This document shows, piece by piece, positions 20,524 to 29,623 of a stretch of 64,000 nucleotides of DNA (the stretch's first letter is position 1; the number at the start of each line of letters is the position of its first letter). The stretch spans positions 267,571 through 331,570 of IMG/VR virus record IMGVR_UViG_3300017917_001123; one strand, 5' to 3'. Made by a program: the position numbers and the translations under genes. The notes beneath the pieces were generated by a model that was not told the DNA's origin, did no database searches, and saw only the letters and a list, made by a program, of their open reading frames with translations.

Positions 20524-20739
20524 GTGGCAAAAGACGATTGTATCGTAATGTTCGGTACTGTTGAAGAAGTACTACCCAACGCAATGTTTCGCGTTAAGCT
20601 CGAAAGCGGACAATATGTTCTAGGACATATCTCTGGTAAGATGCGTCAAAACAGAATTCAAATTCTACTAGGTGATAATGTCAAAATTGAAATGAGTCCA
20701 TATGATTTGTCTAAGGGACGAATAGTTTATAGACAATGA
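20524..20739 (+). CDS. infA: translation initiation factor IF-1
   Basis: [38 protein letters not shown]; AGGAGA SD, GTG start. Confidence 0.96.
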   Translation: MAKDDCIVMFGTVEEVLPNAMFRVKLESGQYVLGHISGKMRQNRIQILLGDNVKIEMSPYDLSKGRIVYRQ

Positions 20740-21536
20740 TCCCTATCATTACAGGTTCTGACGGTTATATAGGAACCAACCTATCCCAGCTATTCAATAA
20801 GCACAATAGATCTTTTGTTGGGCTTGATCGCAAATCAGGTCCAGATCTCCTGAGTGCCGAGGGCAAGGATCTTTTTGAGGAATGTGCTAGTACAGCGGAT
20901 GTAGTTATACATCTTGCGGCTCGTCCTCGAATTCCTCCTAGCTGGGTAGATACTACTGCTTATATTCGTGATAACATTGAGCTAACAGAATATGTTGCTC
21001 GAATATGCGCCGAACAAGGCTGTCATTTAATATTTGCTAGTTCTAGCTCTGTTTACGGGAACGGAACAGGTCCTCTGAATCCCTATGCTTGGACTAAAAA
21101 AGCCGGAGAGGACATTATTCGTATCTACGGCGAAAAAGGACTAAGTTACACAATTTGTCGCTTGTTTACTACCTTTGGCAATAACGGACCCTTGGTTTTA
21201 GATAAGTGGCTCAAGCAAAGCCTAGCCGGAGAACCTATAACACTCTACGGCGATGGCACACAAAGTAGAGATTTTATTCATGTAGAGGATGTAGCAGATG
21301 CTCTTTACTCTGCTTATCTTGCCAAATTAGACAAAGAAACGCTAGATGTAGGCACAGGCAAAGCCCACAAACTACAGGATATTGCGGACTGGTACGGGAA
21401 CGAAATTATTCGTGGTCCTGCTCAAGAGGGCTATGCTCACAGCACTCAAGCGAAAGCCCAGCGAACAATGGAATTGCTCAACTGGGCTCCTAAACGTCCA
21501 GTAATTAGTTGGATCCGTTCTGGCCTAGATATGTAG
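20736..21536 (+). CDS. NAD-dependent epimerase/dehydratase
   Basis: [22 protein letters not shown] (YxxxK), RDFIHVED. Confidence 0.92.
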   Translation: MIPIITGSDGYIGTNLSQLFNKHNRSFVGLDRKSGPDLLSAEGKDLFEECASTADVVIHLAARPRIPPSWVDTTAYIRDNIELTEYVARICAEQGCHLIFASSSSVYGNGTGPLNPYAWTKKAGEDIIRIYGEKGLSYTICRLFTTFGNNGPLVLDKWLKQSLAGEPITLYGDGTQSRDFIHVEDVADALYSAYLAKLDKETLDVGTGKAHKLQDIADWYGNEIIRGPAQEGYAHSTQAKAQRTMELLNWAPKRPVISWIRSGLDM

Positions 21537-22038
21537 CCCAACTTGGGTGCGCCATGTGAAATGGCAACTTCTTACGTTGTTCAATAAGTTCCCAATAAGT
21601 AGGCTTATAAGGCTTCTTCTTAGGCACGATTTTCTTGTTGTTACCCTTGTTTGCGTTACATGGAGAACAGGCAGTCGTTGCGTTTTCAAAGGTAGACTTA
21701 CCACCGTGCGATGTTGGAACCACGTGGTCTAGGGTAGCAGTCTTTTTATTGACTTCGGTACCGCAGTACTGGCATTTAAATCCGTCGCGAAGAAATACGT
21801 TCTGCTTAGAGTAGCGAACGCCTGTTTTCGGCTTCATGTATTCTTTTACCATAATAACAGCCGGTACAGGAGTAGACCAGCGAGCTGATCTAACGACCCA
21901 GTCGTCGTGCCATTCCAATACAATAGCTTTGTCCAAAACCATGTATCGAATAGCTTCCTGCCATGTAATTACACTCAACGGAAGCATTGAAACTGGGCTT
22001 CCGTCTGTGTTTAAAACTAAAACGTCTGACATAATCAC
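21505..22038 (-). CDS. HNH endonuclease
   Basis: RDGFKCQYCG, TLDHVVP, GGKSTFEN, CSPCNANKGN. Confidence 0.92.
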   Translation of the reverse strand: MIMSDVLVLNTDGSPVSMLPLSVITWQEAIRYMVLDKAIVLEWHDDWVVRSARWSTPVPAVIMVKEYMKPKTGVRYSKQNVFLRDGFKCQYCGTEVNKKTATLDHVVPTSHGGKSTFENATTACSPCNANKGNNKKIVPKKKPYKPTYWELIEQRKKLPFHMAHPSWATYLGQNGSN

Positions 22039-22120
22039 ATATTTAGTGGGGGTTAAAACAGCTTTTAGTATAACAGATCACAATGGTTTAATCAAGAGCT
22101 CTAGGCAATAAATACGCAGT

Positions 22121-22387
22121 ATGAGCCGCCAAAAATCACTATTACAAGAATATACCGCCGATCCAAAAGCTATAAAAGAAGCACGTTCTGAGCCCTTTCC
22201 AGAGCCAGTAATCGACCGCAGTTTGAGCTTTTTACGTGCTATTGTGCTAGATTTACCCATCCAAACGGGTAGTGTAGTAGAAAGTACACAAGAATATACC
22301 GAAATGGAACGAGCAATTATGGAAGGTGGACACAGTTTAGAAGAAGAACAAATGGCAATGCTTAAAAAATTAGCAGGATTAAAATAA
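22121..22387 (+). CDS. hypothetical protein
   Basis: 88 aa after TAAATA (22109-22114); C-terminal LKKLAGLK. Confidence 0.7.
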   Translation: MSRQKSLLQEYTADPKAIKEARSEPFPEPVIDRSLSFLRAIVLDLPIQTGSVVESTQEYTEMERAIMEGGHSLEEEQMAMLKKLAGLK

Positions 22388-24145
22388 ATGACAACAGCGA
22401 CAATTCTTTTTATTAACACAGGAACATCTGCTAATAAGGGCGACGGTGATAGTCTACGCCTAGCATTTCACAAAGTAAACAAAAACTTTGAGCTTTTAGG
22501 TGTTACTACAGGTTTCGACACAAATGCTGTCAAAGATACAGTTTCGGAAATTTTAACTCAAGGAACACACTACGGTATTTCATATCTGTACAACACAGCA
22601 ACAAACGTAATTATTTCTAGTTTAACTACAGCAACAACTGATCGTTTAGGCGGTGTTAAACCGGGATCGGGAATTTCTATTACCGCAGACGGTACAATTT
22701 CTGCGGCTACTGCTTATGTGCTACCTATTGCTACAGCAAACCAATTAGGCGGTGTGCGTGTAGGTAATGGCCTAGCAATTGATCAATTTGGTGTGCTTTC
22801 AAATGACGGCGTTACAGCATTCCGTCCTAATGTAAGTCAACCATTTAGAACAGGTAATATTACATTACAATCAACAGACATTAGTTTTGCCCTAGGATTT
22901 ACTCCTCTTAACGCAAACCTAAAAGGCGCCCTAAACGGCGTAGCAGAATTAGACGGTACAGGTAAGGTTCCGTTAAGTCAAATGAACGAGGCAGTTCTTG
23001 GAGGATTGAACTTCCAAGGAACATGGAACGCAAGTTCAAACAATCCACAGATACAAAGCGGAGTTGGTACTAAAGGTTACTACTATAAAGTCAGTGTAGC
23101 AGGTACTACTAGCATTGACGGGATTGGTATTTGGAACGTTGGTGACTTAATTCTTTATAATGGTACTGCTTGGCTAAAGATTGACGGTACTACAACAGAA
23201 GTTTTATCTGTTGCAGGCCGTACAGGCGACGTTGTACTTTCTTTTACAGACATCAACGGAAATATCGATCGTTCTGCGTTCAGCGCAACAAGTACAGCAA
23301 CTAACCTAGCACTGGGCACAGTTAAGTTAGGTACAGGTCTAGTAGGTGCGGTAGACGGAACAGTTAGTGTATCTGAAGCACTACTTGGAAGTACATTACC
23401 TGCCACAACATCTACACTTGGAGTTATTAAAGTTGGAGATGGTTTATTAATTACTCCAGACGGTACATTAAGTGCTGTTGTTGGTAGTTCTGGAAACATT
23501 ACTTTCCAAGGCAACGAAATTAGAACTATTGAATTAGATACTGATCTAGTTCTTCGTCCGACCAGTAACGTAGTAAGATTCTATACAACATTGTTACATA
23601 TGGGCGGTAATAACAACTTGTTGTTAAGAACTAACCAATTTTTAAATGCAGGTCTAGCAACAGATTCAACAAACTTCAGCTTACGTATTGTAGGTGATAG
23701 TAACGTAGGTACTACATTATTTGATGCTGGTATCTACAATAGCCCAATTGCAACCACTGGTTGGTCAAGTAAGATGCTGTTAACAAAGAATGGTAACTTA
23801 ACAGTTGCTGGTACGTTGCGTGTTAACGGTGTGGGCGGAATTACATTTGCGGACGGATCAACTCAAACAACCGCAGCCGCATTAACTACAGCAACAACTA
23901 CAGCAGTCGGTGGTATTGTTGTAGGCAATGGTTTGACAATAGATGGTGCTGGTGTTCTTAGCGTTGTGTTAGGAACAACAGGCGGACAGATTACGGACGT
24001 AAGCGCAACAAGAGGTACTATTACTTCTGGAACAGAACCAGGTGATCCAGGTATGGTATCTTATGACGGTTCTTATCTATATCTATGTATTGCTACAAAT
24101 ACATGGGCAAGGATCGCAATCGTTGACGTTCCAGGACAATGGTAA
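22388..24145 (+). CDS. tail-fibre-like virion protein
   Basis: T/G-rich; five AT..LG.(V/I)..G.GL.I..DG.(L/I)S repeats; C-terminal YLYLCIATNTWARI. Confidence 0.75.
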   Translation: MTTATILFINTGTSANKGDGDSLRLAFHKVNKNFELLGVTTGFDTNAVKDTVSEILTQGTHYGISYLYNTATNVIISSLTTATTDRLGGVKPGSGISITADGTISAATAYVLPIATANQLGGVRVGNGLAIDQFGVLSNDGVTAFRPNVSQPFRTGNITLQSTDISFALGFTPLNANLKGALNGVAELDGTGKVPLSQMNEAVLGGLNFQGTWNASSNNPQIQSGVGTKGYYYKVSVAGTTSIDGIGIWNVGDLILYNGTAWLKIDGTTTEVLSVAGRTGDVVLSFTDINGNIDRSAFSATSTATNLALGTVKLGTGLVGAVDGTVSVSEALLGSTLPATTSTLGVIKVGDGLLITPDGTLSAVVGSSGNITFQGNEIRTIELDTDLVLRPTSNVVRFYTTLLHMGGNNNLLLRTNQFLNAGLATDSTNFSLRIVGDSNVGTTLFDAGIYNSPIATTGWSSKMLLTKNGNLTVAGTLRVNGVGGITFADGSTQTTAAALTTATTTAVGGIVVGNGLTIDGAGVLSVVLGTTGGQITDVSATRGTITSGTEPGDPGMVSYDGSYLYLCIATNTWARIAIVDVPGQW

Positions 24146-24165
24146 AAACTTTTTAGGATAGATAT

Positions 24166-27100
24166 ATGGGTATTAAGATTTCACAACTGCCAACACTGAC
24201 TCTTGGAAACATCAGAGATGCTAACCAATTGCCAGTAGTTGATACTACAACACTAGGTACTAAAAAAGTTACCATCGGTGACATTAAAACCTATGCGACA
24301 CAGGGATTAAGTGCGCTGGCGTTTTCTGGAAGCTACGCAGATCTAGTTAACGTTCCAACAACGTTTCCAATTCCTACAGCTAGCCCAACAACGTTGGGTG
24401 GTATACGTGTTGGTGGATTTTTAAATATTGACCAAAACGGTGTTCTAAGCGCAGACCCTGGCTTCTATAACATCAACGTAGGTAACGTACAGATTAACTC
24501 TGCCAATGGCGCATTAAACGTTATTGCTGGTAATAACGTAACTATTGACGCAGACGATCTAACTAACACAATTATTATCAACAGCTCCGGTGGCAGCGGC
24601 GGTGGCTCTGGCAACGTAGGAAAAGCAAACACAGGAACATTAGCAGTTTACTTTAATACTAATACCGTAACAGGTACAAACATTACAATCGAAGGCGGAA
24701 GTATTACTACTGACGGAGTAGTAACAGCCGCAGGCTTTGTTGGCGAAAGACTTACCGCAACTAGCATTGTTACTACAGTAGGCGATTTAATACTAGCACC
24801 AAGCGCAAACGTTTCTGTAACAGGAAAACGTATCGTTAACTTATCAACACCAGTTGGTTCAAACGATGCGGCAACCAAAGCCTACGTAGATGCTCAGACA
24901 AGTCGTGCGTTTGGTAAAGTTTCTGTTCCAGGACAGGGACTAGTATCAGCAACTTCTGGTACAGATACATTAAACTTTGCCGCAGGTAATAACGTTACGC
25001 TTTCGACTAACCCTGCTACAAAGACAGTTACTATCGCAGTTAACAATACACTATCTTTTGCTCTATTACCTGCTACAACAAGTAGTATCGGTGGTGTTAT
25101 CATTGGCTCAGGATTGTCAATTGACCAAAACGGTGTAGTAACTGCTTCGGCTCAAGCTCTTACAACCGCAACAACAAGTACGCTCGGCGGAATCATTATC
25201 GGTGATGGACTATCAATTGACGGCAATGGAAGATTAAGTTCAGCCGCTCAGTTTGTTCTTAATACTGCGTCTTCAACAGTTGTTGGTGGTGTTAAGATTG
25301 GTTTTGGTTTACAAATTGATAGTCAAGGTACTATTAGCGTACCAACACAAGTTTTAACAACAGCAACTAAATTCTTATTAGGTGGTGTTAAGATTGGTAA
25401 CTCGATTGCTGCCGCGGTAGACGGAACAATTGATGTTAACGTAGGTCAACTAACTCCAGCAACTACATCTTCCTTAGGAGTTGTAAAACCGGGTTACGGT
25501 CTAAGTGTAAGACCAGATGGATCACTAGACTTAGGAGTCGACGGTAACTTTACTATCACAGGTAACCTAAGCGTTGCTGGTGTAATTAGTGCCACAAACA
25601 TTTTTACAACAGGCACAGCAGTTACTATTATTAGTAGTGCTAATGATCTTCAATTACGTGCGGCAGGCCAAGTAATTACAAATACAACATTGTATGTAAA
25701 CACTAGTACACCTGCTACTTCTACATCAACTGGTGCTTTACAAGTGTGGGGCGGAATTGGCGTAGGTAAGAATATTATTACAGGTGAACCAAGTATTATT
25801 GATGGCGTTTATATCAGCGGTTCTCGTACAGCCGGAGGTGTTTACAACATTGCTTTAGGTTCAGGTGCGTTGGGATCTAACGCAGGCGCATCTTATCTAA
25901 CAGCAGTCGGTTATAATGCTCTTCAATTAGCAAACGTAAGTGAAAACTCTGCGTTCGGGTATAATGCTGGTAATTCTTTAACTAACGGCAGCAAGAATAC
26001 ATTCATCGGACAAGCCGCCGGTTCTGGACTGGCAAGCGGAACATTTAACTCTGTATTAGGCCATCAGTCTTATACTGGTCAAGGTGCTAGTTCGTACAAT
26101 ACTATTTTAGGTAGCAATATCAATGCTAACGCTAACCAAGTACAAAGTTACAATACATTTATTGGTTATAATATTGCTAACATTACAAACCGTCCTGGTT
26201 CGTATAACATCGCAATCGGTGGTAACAACCTACAGGCAACAACTGGCACAAGTAACATTGTAATTGGATACGGTGCTGGAAGCGGATTAACAACAGCCAG
26301 CAACCAAGTTATCATTGGTGGATACAACGGAACGGCTATTGCTACACAAACAGGCTACATTAGTCTTGCTGACGGAATAGGTAATCTTCGTGCTCAGTGG
26401 GATAACAAAGGACAGGTTACATTCTTTAATACAGCAACATTCTTTGCCACACAGAATGCTACTAACTCTACAAACAGCGGCGCATTAATTGTTGCTGGTG
26501 GTGCTGGTATTGGACAGGATTTATATGTTGGCGGAACAATTTACTCACAAGGTTCTCCAGTAATTACACAGGCGTATCTTGGTACTCCAATTAGTACAAT
26601 CACAGCAGGTACTGATACTAAAGTAGTTACAGCAGGTAGCGCAGTTACAATTTGGAATACATCGACTCTACAATCTATTACGTCAAGAGGAAACACTACT
26701 TCTAACCCAATTAGAATTACAAGTCAAGCATCAACAACTGGTACTAGTACAGGTGCCTTAATCCTTGACGGCGGACTAGGACTAGCAGGAAGTATCCAAG
26801 CAGGTGGTACTATTAACGCAGGTGCTGACAGTACCGCAAGTTCGATTGCTGAAACTGTTGGTTTATTTGATCGTGGCCGTCGTGTAATGACACAGGCAAT
26901 TTTAACTGGCGACCTAGGAATCGAAGTAACATCAAGTAGCAATACTGCTACTGTAATGGCCTATAACATCAAGAACACTGGTGTAAGATTTATTACTCCG
27001 GGCGATGGCCTTGCTATGTTAGTAAACGGAACAAGTGCGGTTGCTAATGGTACTGGCTCTGTTACACTTTCTGTTACTGCGGGCCTTGAACAAGTTTCTG

Positions 27101-28041
27101 TAAACGGTAATACAACAGCATTCCCGATTAAAGTTCTAAGTACAGGATCTGTTTCAACAAGTTCCAACTCTGGTGCTCTTGTTGTTGCGGGCGGTATGGG
27201 TGTAACTGGTGCTGTTAATATTTCTGGTAGTTTAACTTTAAACGGCGCGGCAATTACAACATCTACTGTGTTTAACGGTGGAACAATTACCGGAGCATTG
27301 TTTGTTAATAATGCTACTGCTAGTACAACTCCGACAACTGGTGCGTTACGTGTAGCAGGCGGAGCAGGTATTCAAGGAGATGTTAACGTAGGTGGAAGTA
27401 TCTTCATCAACGGTGTTCAGTTATCAACAAGTACAATCTTTAACGGCGGTACTATTACTGGAGCATTAACAGTTAATAATGCCACTGATGCTACTTCAAC
27501 CGGAACTGGTGCTATTATTACTACAGGTGGCGTAGGTATTGGTAAGAACTTGTACGTCGGCGGAAGTATTTTTGAAGTAAACGTTGCGTCAGGAACTACA
27601 TCGTTGGTTGGCAATGGACCTTCATTTAGTGCCTATAGGTCGACCACCCAGGCAGTTGCCTCCGGAGCAACACCAGTTAAGATTACTTACAACACAGAAG
27701 AATTTGATACAGATGGCGCATACGACAACGTTTCAAATTTCCGCTTCCAACCTGTAGTTGCTGGATATTATAGAGTTAGTGCGTCAATACAGCAAGGCGG
27801 TACAAGTGCTACTGGCTATTCAGCAATATCAATTTACAAAAACGGTTCGGCATTTAAACACGGTAATCGCTTGCCAAACAACGCTAACTCGGTTGTTGTA
27901 CAAGTGACTGCTCTAATTCAAATGAACGGCACTACTGATTACTTAGAAATCTTTTACGCACAAACAACTGGCGCAAGTATGACTATTGCGGCAAGCCAGC
28001 AATACAATTATTTCCAAGCAGAATTTGTAAGAGGTCTGTAA
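24166..28041 (+). CDS. long tail-fibre/adhesin-like protein with C-terminal C1q-like domain
   Basis: 1291 aa; six LGG repeats, six GAL..GG.GI repeats; C-terminal FSAY..FDT..FQP.VAGYY. Confidence 0.8.
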   Translation: MGIKISQLPTLTLGNIRDANQLPVVDTTTLGTKKVTIGDIKTYATQGLSALAFSGSYADLVNVPTTFPIPTASPTTLGGIRVGGFLNIDQNGVLSADPGFYNINVGNVQINSANGALNVIAGNNVTIDADDLTNTIIINSSGGSGGGSGNVGKANTGTLAVYFNTNTVTGTNITIEGGSITTDGVVTAAGFVGERLTATSIVTTVGDLILAPSANVSVTGKRIVNLSTPVGSNDAATKAYVDAQTSRAFGKVSVPGQGLVSATSGTDTLNFAAGNNVTLSTNPATKTVTIAVNNTLSFALLPATTSSIGGVIIGSGLSIDQNGVVTASAQALTTATTSTLGGIIIGDGLSIDGNGRLSSAAQFVLNTASSTVVGGVKIGFGLQIDSQGTISVPTQVLTTATKFLLGGVKIGNSIAAAVDGTIDVNVGQLTPATTSSLGVVKPGYGLSVRPDGSLDLGVDGNFTITGNLSVAGVISATNIFTTGTAVTIISSANDLQLRAAGQVITNTTLYVNTSTPATSTSTGALQVWGGIGVGKNIITGEPSIIDGVYISGSRTAGGVYNIALGSGALGSNAGASYLTAVGYNALQLANVSENSAFGYNAGNSLTNGSKNTFIGQAAGSGLASGTFNSVLGHQSYTGQGASSYNTILGSNINANANQVQSYNTFIGYNIANITNRPGSYNIAIGGNNLQATTGTSNIVIGYGAGSGLTTASNQVIIGGYNGTAIATQTGYISLADGIGNLRAQWDNKGQVTFFNTATFFATQNATNSTNSGALIVAGGAGIGQDLYVGGTIYSQGSPVITQAYLGTPISTITAGTDTKVVTAGSAVTIWNTSTLQSITSRGNTTSNPIRITSQASTTGTSTGALILDGGLGLAGSIQAGGTINAGADSTASSIAETVGLFDRGRRVMTQAILTGDLGIEVTSSSNTATVMAYNIKNTGVRFITPGDGLAMLVNGTSAVANGTGSVTLSVTAGLEQVSVNGNTTAFPIKVLSTGSVSTSSNSGALVVAGGMGVTGAVNISGSLTLNGAAITTSTVFNGGTITGALFVNNATASTTPTTGALRVAGGAGIQGDVNVGGSIFINGVQLSTSTIFNGGTITGALTVNNATDATSTGTGAIITTGGVGIGKNLYVGGSIFEVNVASGTTSLVGNGPSFSAYRSTTQAVASGATPVKITYNTEEFDTDGAYDNVSNFRFQPVVAGYYRVSASIQQGGTSATGYSAISIYKNGSAFKHGNRLPNNANSVVVQVTALIQMNGTTDYLEIFYAQTTGASMTIAASQQYNYFQAEFVRGL

Positions 28042-28042
28042 T

Positions 28043-29611
28043 ATGAAGTATAGATATTACGTAGTTGTAAATGATCCGCAGTTTAAGGCTGCGGTTCATA
28101 CAGAATTAGTCAGTGACAGAGGAACAGAATTTGTCCCTTCAAGAAGAGTATCGGCAGACAATCCAATGCGCCATAGCGAGTATAATGGTTGTTATATGTT
28201 AACTCCTGAAGAAGCTCAACAACTACAAAACGACTCTAGAGTAAATGCTGTAGAGCGTGTTCCTGAAGATATTGGGATCAGTTTAAAACCACTGTCTGTT
28301 ATGACAGCACAATATAATAAGACAACCGCTATAGCAAACACTCACAGAAATTGGGGGTTAGTTAGATCTTCTAGCAGAGCAGAGCCTTACGGTGCGGCAA
28401 CTAATTTAACTACTTTCAATTACAACCTAGATGGAACAGGAGTAGACATTGTTATTATGGATAGTGGTGTTTTAAAATACCATCCAGAAATGGCAAAACG
28501 TTCAGATGGTACTGGCGGAACACGATATGTAGACATTAACTGGAGTCAGTTTGGTATCATAGCAAATAACGGTTCAGGTAGCTGGCAAGGGGATATTGAC
28601 GGTCACGGAAGTCACTGTGCCGGCATTGCCGCAGGTATCACCTGCGGATGGGCCAAAGGCGCACAAGTCTATGGATTTAATATTTTAGATCCTAACAATG
28701 CTACAACCTACGTTAGTCCGTTGCTGGCCTTCCAAACAGTACGTGCTTGGCATAATGCCAAACCTATTGATCCTAATACAGGTTATAAACGCCCGACTGT
28801 TGTTTCAATGAGTTTTGGTTACGAACTGACCTACACTGACATGGTTACAACAACATGGCGCGGCACAACATACAATACAACTGGCCCGGCAAGCGCATAC
28901 GGTCAAGTTAGTGCCGATGGTAGTGCTCCTCTAGCAGATAGCGACTTGTCAACACACGGATATCGATCACCTTCCTTAGAAGCAGAAATACAAAGCTGTA
29001 TTGATGCTGGCATTATTATGATTGGTGCGGCAGGTAATCAAGCAATAAAAGTAGATGTTCCAGGAGGAATCGACTACGATAACTACTATACCGACTCGTT
29101 TGGCGATCGTTGGTATTATCATAGAGGTACAACTCCTAGCGCAACATCAAATGTCGTTTGCGTAGGATCAATTAGCTATTCAACTCCAGAACATAAAGTA
29201 AGTTATTCAAATACTGGGCCTAGAGTTGATGTGTTTGCTCCGGGACTTGCTATTGCTAGTGCCTACATTAATCAAACAGAGGGAGGCAATCCTGCGGTCA
29301 TAGATCCACGCAGTACAGCAAGCACCTCATCTGTTACAACATCGTTCTACTTACAAAAGATTGGCGGCACGAGTATGGCATGTCCACAGGTTGCTGGAGT
29401 TGTTGCTTGCTTGTTACAAAGTCGTCCTTGGTACACACAGTGGCAAGTATCGCAATGGGTTAAAGAAAATGCCACAACGGGGTTATTAGACGAAACTTTT
29501 TACGGCGGAGCAGGCTATACACAATACGGCGGACTACAGGGGGCAGGGAATAGAATTTTATTCCAGCCATTTAATGATCCGAATCCTTGGTCAATAACAA
29601 GCAACTCTTAA
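28043..29611 (+). CDS. subtilisin-like S8 serine peptidase
   Basis: catalytic triad motifs IVIMDSG, GHGSHCAG, GGTSMACPQVAG; AAGN oxyanion. Confidence 0.93.
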   Translation: MKYRYYVVVNDPQFKAAVHTELVSDRGTEFVPSRRVSADNPMRHSEYNGCYMLTPEEAQQLQNDSRVNAVERVPEDIGISLKPLSVMTAQYNKTTAIANTHRNWGLVRSSSRAEPYGAATNLTTFNYNLDGTGVDIVIMDSGVLKYHPEMAKRSDGTGGTRYVDINWSQFGIIANNGSGSWQGDIDGHGSHCAGIAAGITCGWAKGAQVYGFNILDPNNATTYVSPLLAFQTVRAWHNAKPIDPNTGYKRPTVVSMSFGYELTYTDMVTTTWRGTTYNTTGPASAYGQVSADGSAPLADSDLSTHGYRSPSLEAEIQSCIDAGIIMIGAAGNQAIKVDVPGGIDYDNYYTDSFGDRWYYHRGTTPSATSNVVCVGSISYSTPEHKVSYSNTGPRVDVFAPGLAIASAYINQTEGGNPAVIDPRSTASTSSVTTSFYLQKIGGTSMACPQVAGVVACLLQSRPWYTQWQVSQWVKENATTGLLDETFYGGAGYTQYGGLQGAGNRILFQPFNDPNPWSITSNS

Positions 29612-29623
29612 TTTGGAAAAAAT

